A stretch of DNA of 64,000 bases from the NCBI GenBank assembly GCA_965205485.1, contig OZ242180.1:1200535-1264534 (forward strand), given 5' to 3'. Of the stretch, positions 1 through 9,546 are shown in pieces. This DNA comes from Candidatus Latescibacterota bacterium (lineage in GTDB: Bacteria > Latescibacterota > UBA2968 > GCA-2709665). The position numbers and the translations under genes were made by a program. The first letter of the stretch is position 1; each line of letters starts with the position of its first letter. The notes beneath the pieces are model-generated. The model was not told the origin of the DNA, did not search any database, and saw only the letters and a list, made by a program, of their open reading frames with translations.

Positions 1-70
1 CGTCCGGTTGGAGGGGCATGGGAGGATGGCGCGCCGGCGTTTCGAGGGAAAATACAGTGAGGAGATCTTT

Positions 71-1705
71 ATGAACGTAGCAGATGTGGTAGCCCATATC
101 ATGAAGGCGGAGGGCGTGGAGTACCTGTTCGCCTATCCTGTAAATCCTCTCATCGAGGCCGCGGCCAAGGTGGACATCCGGCCCATTCTCGTCCGGCAGG
201 AACGTATCGGCCTGCATATGGCCGACGCGCTGAGCCGCATGACGTCGGGCAGGCAGATCGGTGTCTTCTGCATGCAGAGCGGCCCCGGGTCGGAGAACGC
301 CTTCGGCGGAGTCGCGCAGGCGTATGGGGATTCTGCGCCGATCCTGGTGCTGCCGCTGGGATATAATAGAACGCTGACCAACGTGCAGCCGAATTTCAAC
401 TCGGCGCTGAATTATCGGCACGTCACCAAGCACTCAGAGCAGGTTATCCTCTCGGAAACCGTGCCCGAAGTGATGCGGAGGGCATTTACGCAGGTGCGCA
501 ATGGACGCCCGCGCCCGGTGCTGGTGGAGTTTCCGGGAGACGTGTTCGACGAGGAGATCGCCGGTCCTTTCGACTACCGCCCCGTGCCTTCGTTGAAAAC
601 GGGTCCGGACCCGCGCGAGGTCGAGAAGGCGGCAATTATGCTCCTGGAAGCCGAGCGACCCGTTATCTACGCCGGGCAGGGCGTGCACTATGCCGAGGCC
701 TGGGATGCCCTGCGCGACCTCTCCGAACTCCTCGAAGCGCCGGTCACCACGAGCCTGGGCGGAAAGAGCGCGTTTCCGGAAAACCACAGACTGTCCCTGG
801 GTTCCGGCGGCAGGTCCATTCCCGGAACCGTGCACCACTTTCTTCAGGAGGCGGACCTGATCTTCGGGATCGGGTGCAGTTTTACGCGTACCAATTTCGG
901 GGTGGCCATGCCAGAGGGGAAGCGCGTGATCCACGCCACGCTGGACCCGGGGGATATCAACAAGGACGTGGAAGTCGAACACGCCCTGGCGGGCGATGCG
1001 AAACTCACCCTGGAGGCCCTGGCGGAGGAGGTTCGTGCGCGCCTGGACGGACAGACGCGGGGTCGTGCGGACCTTGTAGCGAAGGAAATTGCATCTGTGA
1101 AGCACGAATGGCTCTCTCAGTGGATGCCCAAGCTGACGCTGAACGAGGCGCCCCTCTCACCGTATCGGGTGATCCGGGACCTGATGCAAACCGTGGACGT
1201 GCCCAATACGATCATCACCCACGACGCCGGCAGCCCCCGCGATCAACTCTCACCCTTCTGGGAGTCCCATACGCCGCTTTCCTACATCGGCTGGGGAAAG
1301 ACGACGCAACTCGGTTACGGACTCGGCCTGGCGATGGGCGCCAAGCTCGCGTGCCCGGACAAGCTGTGTATCAACGTGTGGGGCGATGCCGCCATCGGGT
1401 TTACGGGAATGGACTTCGAGACGGCCGTTCGTGAACGGATTCCCATTCTGTCGGTCCTCTTCAACAATTTCAGCATGGCAATCGAGCTGCCGATAATGCC
1501 GGTGTCCACGGAAAAATACCGCAGCACGGATATTTCCGGGCACTACGCGGACATGGCCAAAGCGTTTGGAGGCTACGGAGAGCGCGTGGAATCGCCCGAC
1601 GATATCGTCCCGGCAATCGAGCGGGGAATCAGGAAGACGGAGGAAGGCGTTCCGGTGCTGCTGGAGTTCATCACGGCCAAGGAGATCAAGTTCTCGCTGT
1701 ACTGA
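71..1705 (+). CDS. Thiamine-pyrophosphate-dependent enzyme, acetolactate synthase large-subunit-like family
   Basis: 545 aa. The N-terminal TPP-enzyme pyrimidine-binding region (VADVVAHIMKAEGVEYLFAYPVNP...GPGSENAFGGVAQAY) and the C-terminal TPP-binding GDAAIGFTGMDFETAV...NN motif are both present. GGAG sits 6 nt upstream of the ATG at position 71. Confidence 0.85.
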   Translation: MNVADVVAHIMKAEGVEYLFAYPVNPLIEAAAKVDIRPILVRQERIGLHMADALSRMTSGRQIGVFCMQSGPGSENAFGGVAQAYGDSAPILVLPLGYNRTLTNVQPNFNSALNYRHVTKHSEQVILSETVPEVMRRAFTQVRNGRPRPVLVEFPGDVFDEEIAGPFDYRPVPSLKTGPDPREVEKAAIMLLEAERPVIYAGQGVHYAEAWDALRDLSELLEAPVTTSLGGKSAFPENHRLSLGSGGRSIPGTVHHFLQEADLIFGIGCSFTRTNFGVAMPEGKRVIHATLDPGDINKDVEVEHALAGDAKLTLEALAEEVRARLDGQTRGRADLVAKEIASVKHEWLSQWMPKLTLNEAPLSPYRVIRDLMQTVDVPNTIITHDAGSPRDQLSPFWESHTPLSYIGWGKTTQLGYGLGLAMGAKLACPDKLCINVWGDAAIGFTGMDFETAVRERIPILSVLFNNFSMAIELPIMPVSTEKYRSTDISGHYADMAKAFGGYGERVESPDDIVPAIERGIRKTEEGVPVLLEFITAKEIKFSLY

Positions 1706-1789
1706 TCCAGGCGGGGGTTTTCCAGGCGAGACAGGAATCTTACCTGAGACAATAACGAATCTACCATTCAACGGAGGGAGGGCATAACG

Positions 1790-2332
1790 ATGAACAGGCT
1801 GTCGGTTTTCGGTCTCGTAGTCATTGCGGGAATTGCGATATCGTGTGGTGACGACAAACCAACGGCGCCGGGTCAGGACCTGGTTGGATCATGGACGTAC
1901 CAGGGAACCGATTTCAGTTCGACCGCGGCGACCAACCTGCAGGAATACCTGCTGAGTCAGGGGGTGGACGCAGCGGCCGCGCAGCAGTTCGTCACAGAAT
2001 TCAGGAACGAGATGGATAGAGGCTTCCGCGAGACCGGCCTGGAAATCGTGCGATTCAATGAGGACCGGACCTACGAAGATAATTCAGGCAACTCGGGCGT
2101 CTGGTCGGTCCTGGGCGACGTACTCACGATGGTGGAGGAAGACGGGTTTACCATTCAGTGCCAGTACTTTATAGACGGCGAAGACCTGACGCTCATCCTG
2201 ACCAAGGAGCGGTACCTGAATATAATCAGGCAGACGGAAGATGCAGTTGAGCTCGACACGGATTCGCTGGCGCTTCTGGATATCCTTTTTGGAGACGGCG
2301 ACTCCCTGAGGCTCTTCTACAGGGCCAGATGA
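1790..2332 (+). CDS. Lipoprotein of unknown function (family of three copies in this window)
   Basis: Signal peptide followed by the lipobox AISCGDDKPT. It is a paralog of the gene at 2407..2949. Confidence 0.7.
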   Translation: MNRLSVFGLVVIAGIAISCGDDKPTAPGQDLVGSWTYQGTDFSSTAATNLQEYLLSQGVDAAAAQQFVTEFRNEMDRGFRETGLEIVRFNEDRTYEDNSGNSGVWSVLGDVLTMVEEDGFTIQCQYFIDGEDLTLILTKERYLNIIRQTEDAVELDTDSLALLDILFGDGDSLRLFYRAR

Positions 2333-2406
2333 CCCGCGGGAAGACGCTCGCGCCTCACTGATGGATGCGCGAAGCTCAGGTGGCGACAAAGTCGGAGGGC
2401 GTCCTG

Positions 2407-2949
2407 ATGAGCCGGATGTCGGTTTTCGGCCTGACGGTGTTGATCGGTCTTGCGATATCCTGCGGCGATGACAAACCCACGGAGCCGGTTCGCGACCTCG
2501 TTGGATCGTGGACCTACCGGGGTACCGATTTCGCCTCGACCGCGGCGGCCAACTTGCGCGATTACCTGCTGGGGCAGGGCTGGAACCTCGCGTCCGCGCA
2601 GCGGATGGTGGATGGATTCCGGAACGAGATGGAAGCAGGGTTCCGGCATACCGGGTTGTCGGTCCTGCGGTTCAACGCGGACGGGACCTTCGAAGACAAT
2701 TCCGGCAGCAAGGGCGTCTGGTCGGTTCAGGGCGACGTGCTTGCGATCGTCGCCGAGGATGGCTATACCATCCAATGCCAGTACTCTGTGGACGGCACCG
2801 ACCTGACGCTCATCGTGAACAAGGAGCGATACCTGAACCTGATCCGGCAGTCCGAAGGTACGGACGAGATTAGCCCGGAGATTCAGGGGCTTCTGGATAT
2901 TCTGTTCGGTGGCGACAATACGCTCAGGCTGTTCTACAGGGCCGCATAG
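2407..2949 (+). CDS. Lipoprotein, tandem paralog of 1790..2332
   Basis: MSRMSVFGLTVLIGLAISCGDDKPT signal/lipobox, with GGAGGG 7 nt upstream of the ATG. Its 3' 190 bp is repeated at 11252..11442. Confidence 0.7.
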   Translation: MSRMSVFGLTVLIGLAISCGDDKPTEPVRDLVGSWTYRGTDFASTAAANLRDYLLGQGWNLASAQRMVDGFRNEMEAGFRHTGLSVLRFNADGTFEDNSGSKGVWSVQGDVLAIVAEDGYTIQCQYSVDGTDLTLIVNKERYLNLIRQSEGTDEISPEIQGLLDILFGGDNTLRLFYRAA

Positions 2950-3072
2950 CGGGTCGAATGAACCCAGGGAGGGGGTCCGCGAGGGGGTTGAGAATTGCCC
3001 AAGTTGCGGTCCCGAATCCCTTCGCGGTAAATTTGCCAAACCCCACAGGCAGTCGGTTGTCGCGTTCAACGA

Positions 3073-6000
3073 TCAGTTCGACTTTTTGCCGAAAGCGCCT
3101 GCAAAGATGAGAAAATCACTGAACCCGATCGTGCCGTTTCCATCGAGGTCGAATCGCGCGTCATACCCCTCGTCTCGCTGACTCGTCCCGAATTGCGCCG
3201 CAAATTGCAGAAAGTCGGCAAAACCCACGGTCCCGTCGCCGTCGAAGTCCGGATTGCGGATGGTAGGCGGGAGGTACCGCGCGATATCCCACAGCAACAT
3301 CGTGCCGTCTCGGCTGCCACTGATCAGGGTCCTTCCATCCGGCGAAAACGCAACGGAATGAACCTCACTCGAATGTCCGTCCAAGGTGGCGATCTGGTTC
3401 CGGGTTTCCACGTCCCACAACTGGACCGAACCCCTTGACCCCGAAACGAGGGTTTCCCCATCAGGTGAGAACGCCACCGAATAGACAGAACCCGGATTGT
3501 GCATCGTACCGATAAGGGACCGGGTCCCCACTTCCCACAGCTTGATCGTGTGGTCCTCTGCCCCGGAGGCAAGAGTTGAGCCGTCCGGCGAAAACGACAC
3601 CGCACGCACAGCGGACCCGTGTCCGGCCAGCGTGGCAATCTCTGTTCTCGAGGCCACGTCCCACAACCGCGCCGTATTGTCACGACTGCCGCTGGCCAGC
3701 GTGCTCCCATTGGGCGAAAACGACAGGGACATCACATCATCGGTGTGTCCTTCCAGCATGCCGACCACGGCCCGCGTGGCAACGTCCCACAACCTGATCG
3801 TTCGATCCTTGCCCCCACCACCCCCCGTCGCCAACAGCGCACCGCCCGGTGAGAACGCCACCGATGGAATCATACCAGGATGTTTCTTAAGCGTGGCAAT
3901 CTCCCTTCCCGTCTCGAGATCCCACAGATGGAGCCGGTAAAGCGACCCGGCAGCCAGGATGCCGCCGTCAGGCGAAATCGCCACCGATTGCAATACATGT
4001 GGTGTGGCCAAGCTGGCATCCCACGAGAGCGTGGCGATCCTCGACTGTGTTGGCGTGTTCCACAGGTCGACCTGGCTGTTTGCCAATGCCGTGGCGAGGA
4101 TGTTGCCGTCGTCAGAGAGCGCCATCGAGTTGATTTGCACATGCCCGTAGAGCGTGACGGAACTTTCCGTCTCCAGATCCCGCAGCAATATGCCTTGTGA
4201 CGAGGCGGAGGCGAGAGTGACACCGTCCGGAGAAACCGCCATCGACGTGACGCCCCCTCTCACATGCTCATTTCCTCCTATCGAGCCAATCCGATTCCCC
4301 GTTGCCACATCCCAGAGGAGAATCGTACCTCTACTACCCGGGCTCAACCCGGTAAACAGAACGGACCCATCTGAGGAAAACACAACTGACTCGGCATACC
4401 TTACACCAGGGGGGTCCAGCGTGGCGACCTGCGTTTGCGCCGTGACATCCCACAGAATCACCGTGCCATCTCCGTAGGCGCCTGCGGACGCAAGGCGGTC
4501 TCCCTTGGGCGAATACGCCACCGATGTAACTGCTCTTTTGTGTCCTTCAAGGGTAGCGACCTCGGCTTGCGTGGCCATGTCCCACAGCCGTACCGTGCCA
4601 TCATCAAACCCGGATACCAACCGCGAGCCATCCGGAGAAAAGGAAATCGACCCGCGCCGACCGTTTCCCTCCCGCACCACCTCCCACGTGGCAAGCTGGA
4701 CCCTTGTGGCTACGTCCCAAACGCGGATGACCTGATCCCACGAGCCGGAAGCCAGTCTCGAGCCGTCCGGAGAGAAGACCACCGTGACCTCGCCCCGATC
4801 CGCGTGCCACAGCGTGCCGATCCGTTCGCCAGTTTCCACCTCCCTCAGCTCAACCCGGCCGTTGTCGAGTCCCGCCGCCAGCGTGCCGCCGGGGGAGAAC
4901 GACACCGAATGGACCGCACTCCCCGTCGGCAACAGGGCCTGCGCCCGGGACGTGGTCGCCCCGTACAGCCACACGCCGACGGACGTGGCAACCGCCAGCG
5001 TACGTCCATCCGGAGATAGCGCTACCGCACGGTCAGTAATACCCATGGTTCCTTTGCCCAGGCGCGCGGCGGCGCCATATGGCAGATGCCACGCCGTGTA
5101 GTCTCCCTCCAGGGAGGCGACCCCGGTCTCCACGCCTTCGGATCGAAAAGTCGCAACTTCCACGCTGCCGACGAATACCCCCACGGCGTATGTACCCGGA
5201 CGCGGACCCAGGGTAAGTGTCAACTCCGCGTGGCCGTTGGCATCGCTGATCGCCTGCTGAGACGTGTACCGGCCGCTGAGCCTGCCATCGCCACCCGTAA
5301 CCGTGAACGTCACCGACGCATTGGAAAGAGGATTGCCGTGCTGATCCTTGACCAGTACAACGAGTGGCTGTGCAAGTACCGATCCTGGCGCGCCTCGTTG
5401 CCCGTCGCCGGAGACGATCTCCAGCGCATAGGGACGGGGACGCGTCCACCGGGACGTGTTCCACAGGTTGACGGTGTTGTCCCGCGAGCCCGCGGCCAGG
5501 GTGGCGCCATCAGAGGAAAAGACCGCATCCAACACGGAACTCGTTTGCCCGGTCAGCGTTGCGATCCGCTCCCGGGCTCTCACGTCCCAAAGATAAACCG
5601 CTGAATTACCCGCAGCGCCGGCCAGAATCGCACCGCCGGGAGAAAACGCAACCGACTGCCACCCATCGCATTGATAATCGAGGTTGGCAATTCGAACCCG
5701 TGAGGCCACGTCCCACAGCATGATCGTGCTACCCCTGGAGCCGGCAGCCAGCATCGTACCGTCAGGCGAAAATGCGACCGACGTCATCCCGCGGGTATCG
5801 CCTTCAAGCATCACAACCTCTATGCGCGAGGCCGCGTCCCACAAACGCACCGTTCCATCCCGGGACGCAGAGGCCAGCGTGTTCCCATCCGACGAAAACG
5901 CCACGGATCTGACGGAAGCCGTATGTCCTGTGAGGGTGTGTTTTTCCTGAATTGTGGCCACGTTCCACAGCTTGAGTGTGCCGTCGTCCGATCCGGAAGC

Positions 6001-7428
6001 CAGGGTGGCGCCGTCAGGTGAGAACGCCACCGAGTTCACAGCACCCGCGTGTCCTTCCAGTGTGGCGACCCCGGTACGCGCGGCCAAATTCCACAGCTTG
6101 AGTGTGCCGCGGTTCGATCCGGAAGCCAGGGTGGCGCCGTCAGGTGAGAACGCCACTGAGTTCACAGCACCCGCATGTCCTTCCAGTGTGGCGACCCCGG
6201 TACGCGTGGCCACGTTCCACAGCTTGAGCGTGCCGTCGTCCGATCCGGAAGCCAGGATTGCACCGTCAGGTGAGAACGCCACTGAGTTGGCTCCGCGCGT
6301 ATGCCCTTCAAGTGTGGCGATCTGTTCAGGGGAATCCCTCACAAGCTGGAACCGGTGGTTTGCTGTGTTTCCCCGGGTATCAACAGCAGTGATCGTCAAA
6401 GGTTGGGTGGGGTCCTCATGGAGACTATTGTCTTTGCGAGCATAGGTGCTGCCGCTGAAGTCGAATTCTACAATGGCATTTTCTTCACCCTTAACGCCGA
6501 CACAAGCGTATAAGTCCCACGAAGTATAAAGTAGGGACACTTGATGGACCCCGTCTGAATCCCCGATTTCAACACTGATAGGGACTTTGGTAGATCCAGG
6601 AGGATACTTCAGCGGCGTTGTAACTGTGATGGTGGGTGGGGACGCCTGTTCAATCGGGATGTCGGCATTGAAATAGGGATGCACAGCGAGGAATTCAGCG
6701 TGACAGGCAGAAAGCCGAGTCTGTCCCGGTCCCTGGGACATGACGTAATCAAAATTGCTGTTATCGTGCAGGAGACCGAACGCGTGTCCAATTTCGTGTC
6801 CAAAGAGAGCTACGTGGGAGCTCCGGAATTCGCCGGTTATGTACACGGCCCCGCCGGCTTTCCCGACCCGTCGTGCCCTCCCTATCGACCACGGCTCTTC
6901 GTGCGGGCTAGCGCCAATCTTCCCCGAACTGTTATCGATTACGATGACATACACATTCGTTGCCAGGTCGAATGTTGGTGCAAGCTCTCCATCCACAAGC
7001 GATAACGTATTCCTGTAATAATGGCTATCGGGGTGTTGCCCATCCACCCGATGCACCAGCGGCTGGCCGTCGGAATCGGATTCGACCCGGAAGGTCCTGG
7101 CGCCGTAGCCGTGCGCCTCCATCTGCTCGGCATAGAAGGTCTGCACCCGCTTGATCTCCGTCTTCATCGAATCGACCACCTCCTGTCGGTAGGTGCGGTC
7201 GTTGGGCAGGAAGTAGGCCATCCGCACAGTTCGCGGTTCGCCCACGTTAAGGTCGTCCGCACGCTTTGCCGCCGGAAGAGGGTGATCGCGCCACCACTGT
7301 TCGTGGTCGTCGAAGGCGGAGATATGCACGCTGTCAGGAAGGATCGACGACGCACCCACGGCGCCGGGCATCGAAACTACGAGAGCGAGCGACACATATT
7401 GGGCGAAATGACGAACAAGCGTTTTCAT
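3073..7428 (-). CDS. Secreted multidomain protein: metzincin metalloprotease, WD40 propellers, Ig-like domain, more WD40, C-terminal dockerin-like module
   Basis: - N-terminal signal peptide.
- HEIGHAFGLLHD (HExxHxxGxxHD) with a downstream Met-turn region YVMSQG.
- More than 20 WD40 units of the form GH..V.SVAFSPDG..LASGS.D.T..LW.
- Ig-like segment LEIVSGDGQRGAPGS...VTFTVTGGDGRLSG.
- C-terminus PDFDGDGTVGFADFLQFAAQFG...DLDGNGTIGFSDFLIFAGAFG. Confidence 0.85.
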   Translation of the reverse strand: MKTLVRHFAQYVSLALVVSMPGAVGASSILPDSVHISAFDDHEQWWRDHPLPAAKRADDLNVGEPRTVRMAYFLPNDRTYRQEVVDSMKTEIKRVQTFYAEQMEAHGYGARTFRVESDSDGQPLVHRVDGQHPDSHYYRNTLSLVDGELAPTFDLATNVYVIVIDNSSGKIGASPHEEPWSIGRARRVGKAGGAVYITGEFRSSHVALFGHEIGHAFGLLHDNSNFDYVMSQGPGQTRLSACHAEFLAVHPYFNADIPIEQASPPTITVTTPLKYPPGSTKVPISVEIGDSDGVHQVSLLYTSWDLYACVGVKGEENAIVEFDFSGSTYARKDNSLHEDPTQPLTITAVDTRGNTANHRFQLVRDSPEQIATLEGHTRGANSVAFSPDGAILASGSDDGTLKLWNVATRTGVATLEGHAGAVNSVAFSPDGATLASGSNRGTLKLWNLAARTGVATLEGHAGAVNSVAFSPDGATLASGSDDGTLKLWNVATIQEKHTLTGHTASVRSVAFSSDGNTLASASRDGTVRLWDAASRIEVVMLEGDTRGMTSVAFSPDGTMLAAGSRGSTIMLWDVASRVRIANLDYQCDGWQSVAFSPGGAILAGAAGNSAVYLWDVRARERIATLTGQTSSVLDAVFSSDGATLAAGSRDNTVNLWNTSRWTRPRPYALEIVSGDGQRGAPGSVLAQPLVVLVKDQHGNPLSNASVTFTVTGGDGRLSGRYTSQQAISDANGHAELTLTLGPRPGTYAVGVFVGSVEVATFRSEGVETGVASLEGDYTAWHLPYGAAARLGKGTMGITDRAVALSPDGRTLAVATSVGVWLYGATTSRAQALLPTGSAVHSVSFSPGGTLAAGLDNGRVELREVETGERIGTLWHADRGEVTVVFSPDGSRLASGSWDQVIRVWDVATRVQLATWEVVREGNGRRGSISFSPDGSRLVSGFDDGTVRLWDMATQAEVATLEGHKRAVTSVAYSPKGDRLASAGAYGDGTVILWDVTAQTQVATLDPPGVRYAESVVFSSDGSVLFTGLSPGSRGTILLWDVATGNRIGSIGGNEHVRGGVTSMAVSPDGVTLASASSQGILLRDLETESSVTLYGHVQINSMALSDDGNILATALANSQVDLWNTPTQSRIATLSWDASLATPHVLQSVAISPDGGILAAGSLYRLHLWDLETGREIATLKKHPGMIPSVAFSPGGALLATGGGGGKDRTIRLWDVATRAVVGMLEGHTDDVMSLSFSPNGSTLASGSRDNTARLWDVASRTEIATLAGHGSAVRAVSFSPDGSTLASGAEDHTIKLWEVGTRSLIGTMHNPGSVYSVAFSPDGETLVSGSRGSVQLWDVETRNQIATLDGHSSEVHSVAFSPDGRTLISGSRDGTMLLWDIARYLPPTIRNPDFDGDGTVGFADFLQFAAQFGTSQRDEGYDARFDLDGNGTIGFSDFLIFAGAFGKKSN
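5953..6330. repeat. Three near-identical 126-bp tandem DNA repeats encoding consecutive WD40 units
   Basis: Units beginning ttccacagcttgagtgtgccg... recur with a 126-nt period and only a few substitutions. They encode EGHAGAVNSVAFSPDGATLASGS..GTLKLWN repeated. Confidence 0.8.
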
Positions 7429-7943
7429 GGTGTTTTCATCCTTTCAGAAATCGGTCATCCCGGCGTCGTGGCACGTGAATGCCAGCAGCGCAAGCGCGGC
7501 AAAACGTATAGCGACCTTCGATATCGTCACTATGCGAACCCTCCTGTTCGTAACTGCCGAACACGTCCTCCGACCCATCAAACCTGCTTGACGTACCGTC
7601 TGTCTGAAGTATTCCGTTTTATGAATCTGGACCTCTGCGTATTGAGGGGTCGAATCCGGCTTATCCGACGCAGAATCTCGACGAATCAGGGTTCTATCGT
7701 GCCGACGACTTGTCCTTTTGGGTCAACAACGCAAAGAGGTTCCCGGATGAACCCGGCGCCGCTGGTCAACTCATGCTCAGCGCTGGCGGGCGTACCCTCG
7801 ATCCCGGTATGGCGGTTATTCCCGACGCCAATTGTCGCGCCCCGGTCCCAAATGTCCTCGGCGTCATATTGTGGCACGGTTTTTTTTCATCATGGTGATG
7901 TCAGTTGGCGCTTATGACATTGCCCTCGATGGACGAATCACGG

Positions 7944-8351
7944 CTAATTCGACGTCGAACCTGAGCACCGCTGGGACCGTTCCACCACACTCGCGAGCGT
8001 CACTCCGCCGGAACTGACGGCCACCTGGAAATCCCGTCCCGACTCGCACGTGCTCCTAAGGTCGCTGCTGAGATCGAGCTGTGCACAAGCGGCTCTGTAC
8101 GCCGCGTTCAGGGCTTCCTGCTGGGTGGCGCCAGAGCCGGTACCCCGTCCGGTGCCAGACGGTGAACTGAGGCTTCCCAATCTTGAGGGAACCAATGTCA
8201 GCGTCACTTCGCATTGAAATGAACTCAATCCAGTACCGTTGTCCTTTCCGCAGGCAAAGGCGAAGAACAGGGCGAACACGCTGATCCCAAACAAAGCCTG
8301 AAACCCTGACGTTGACCCAATGCGCCCCATCTGACTTGTAAGACGATTCAT
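7944..8351 (-). CDS. Small hypothetical lipoprotein
   Basis: MNRLTSQMGRIGSTSGFQALFGISVFALFFAFACGKDNG is a signal peptide plus lipobox. GGAG lies upstream of the ATG at 8351. The rest is Ser/Gly-rich. Confidence 0.45.
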   Translation of the reverse strand: MNRLTSQMGRIGSTSGFQALFGISVFALFFAFACGKDNGTGLSSFQCEVTLTLVPSRLGSLSSPSGTGRGTGSGATQQEALNAAYRAACAQLDLSSDLRSTCESGRDFQVAVSSGGVTLASVVERSQRCSGSTSN

Positions 8352-8389
8352 CCTGGACTCCTTGATTTGGACCGGCGTGATACCTGATA

Positions 8390-8623
8390 TCATCGACGTG
8401 CTTCGGATCTAAGGGCATTCACGTCTACAAATATGAATACATCCGCGAATTCCGCCGTGCCGTTGCCATCGAGGTCGATCTTCGCATCGGTACCGCGGTA
8501 CGCATCGGCAAAGAGGAAGATTTCCACGGAATCCGTCCTGCCGTCACCGTCGAAGTCTGAGGCTGCAGCTGTGTTTGGAGAGGGTGTGGTCCTTGCGGGC
8601 ATTTTTTTTGAAATCACGTCCAA
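8390..8623 (-). CDS. Stand-alone dockerin-like mini-ORF (77 aa), possibly a gene remnant
   Basis: It consists almost only of SDFDGDGRTDSVEIFLFADAY...IDLDGNGTAEFADVFIFV, i.e. two Ca-loop segments, and has no signal peptide. Confidence 0.35.
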   Translation of the reverse strand: MDVISKKMPARTTPSPNTAAASDFDGDGRTDSVEIFLFADAYRGTDAKIDLDGNGTAEFADVFIFVDVNALRSEARR

Positions 8624-8683
8624 CCGATCCGTGATCGTCCTAGTCGTCCTGTCGGACTAGATTCCGCGACCGGTTCTCCGTTG

Positions 8684-9475
8684 TCAAAACAGACAACCGC
8701 CAATTGTAAGGGCGCGAAAACCGTCCTTGCTATACATTTGATCTTCCGTGTAATTCAGACGGTAACGTCTTTTCTCAGACGGTTTTAGAACGCTCTTCCG
8801 GCCTTCGAATTCTATCTGGCATTCGTCGCTGGTATCATTGTCCAATTCAATGCTGAATCGGCCAAGCAACGGTAGCAGAGCGTCTCCGTCTTTCATGGTA
8901 ATCCGGGCGCTGCTGAATTCGTGGACCTCGTTCGCGAGGTTACGATGTATTTCTCTGTTTACGTACATTCTCAATATCATCGAGTCATCGCTCGTTTCGG
9001 CCGAGAATGAGAACAGTTCCAGATGTGGGATTACAAGAGTAACCGGCACCACGGCGCTAACCATCATAACGCCGTATGAACCCACTCCCGAACCAGCTGA
9101 CATCTGGTGTTTGGATATGAACTCATCCTTTCTCAACGTATATTCTTTCGTCTTATTGCCGTTTTCATCGGTGATGGTTCGGCTTGTCAATGTTCCGCAA
9201 TACTTCACTTCCGGCCTGTTGAAATATCTCCGCAAGACAGGGTTTAACTGATCTATGCTTTCCTGGCAGTTCTTTGCTTTCGAACTGCTTGGAACCAGGA
9301 ACTCCGCCGGCAACAATATTCCGTCCTCGGATCGCCACACGGCTTTCAGACTCGTGATACGAATGAAGAAGTCCGCGTCGATACTTACACAGGCCGAAAA
9401 CAACAACAGCACCAGGACACCAACGAAATCCGTTGCCCGCCGGCCGCTTTTGGCGATATCCAGGTTTGCCATCAT
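8684..9475 (-). CDS. Hypothetical lipoprotein in a compositionally atypical (low-GC) segment
   Basis: N-terminus FVGVLVLLLFSAC. The protein is K/N/S/I/Y-rich. By eye the segment is roughly 48% GC against 60-65% in its neighbours. Confidence 0.55.
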   Translation of the reverse strand: MMANLDIAKSGRRATDFVGVLVLLLFSACVSIDADFFIRITSLKAVWRSEDGILLPAEFLVPSSSKAKNCQESIDQLNPVLRRYFNRPEVKYCGTLTSRTITDENGNKTKEYTLRKDEFISKHQMSAGSGVGSYGVMMVSAVVPVTLVIPHLELFSFSAETSDDSMILRMYVNREIHRNLANEVHEFSSARITMKDGDALLPLLGRFSIELDNDTSDECQIEFEGRKSVLKPSEKRRYRLNYTEDQMYSKDGFRALTIGGCLF

Positions 9476-9546
9476 GCCCTCCAGGTATAACGGTTTAATG
9501 TACCTTCCAGTTATTCCATCTGTACGATGGTCATGATCCCATGCGA

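Noticed and set aside
874-1771. Internal and antisense ORFs within the TPP enzyme gene (874..1434 +, 1250..1771 -)
   Set aside because: They overlap a well-supported CDS in alternative frames and have low-complexity Arg/Gly composition.
2950-3072. Possible bidirectional terminator between the convergent lipoprotein and WD40 genes (ccgcgaggg ... cccttcgcgg)
   Set aside because: The arms are imperfect and separated by about 40 nt, and there is no U/A tract. Too weak to call.
3497-6445. Plus-strand ORFs (e.g. 3497..3940, 5954..6445) with recurring peptides such as SGENATE and HSLSVPSSDPEA
   Set aside because: They are the antisense frames of the WD40 repeat array of the minus-strand gene 3073..7428. 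Their periodicity simply mirrors the 126-bp repeats.
7633-7675. Hairpin ctgcgt...acgcag with a GGGGTCGAATCC loop resembling a tRNA T-arm
   Set aside because: No acceptor or anticodon stems can be built around it. It is probably just promoter-region secondary structure.
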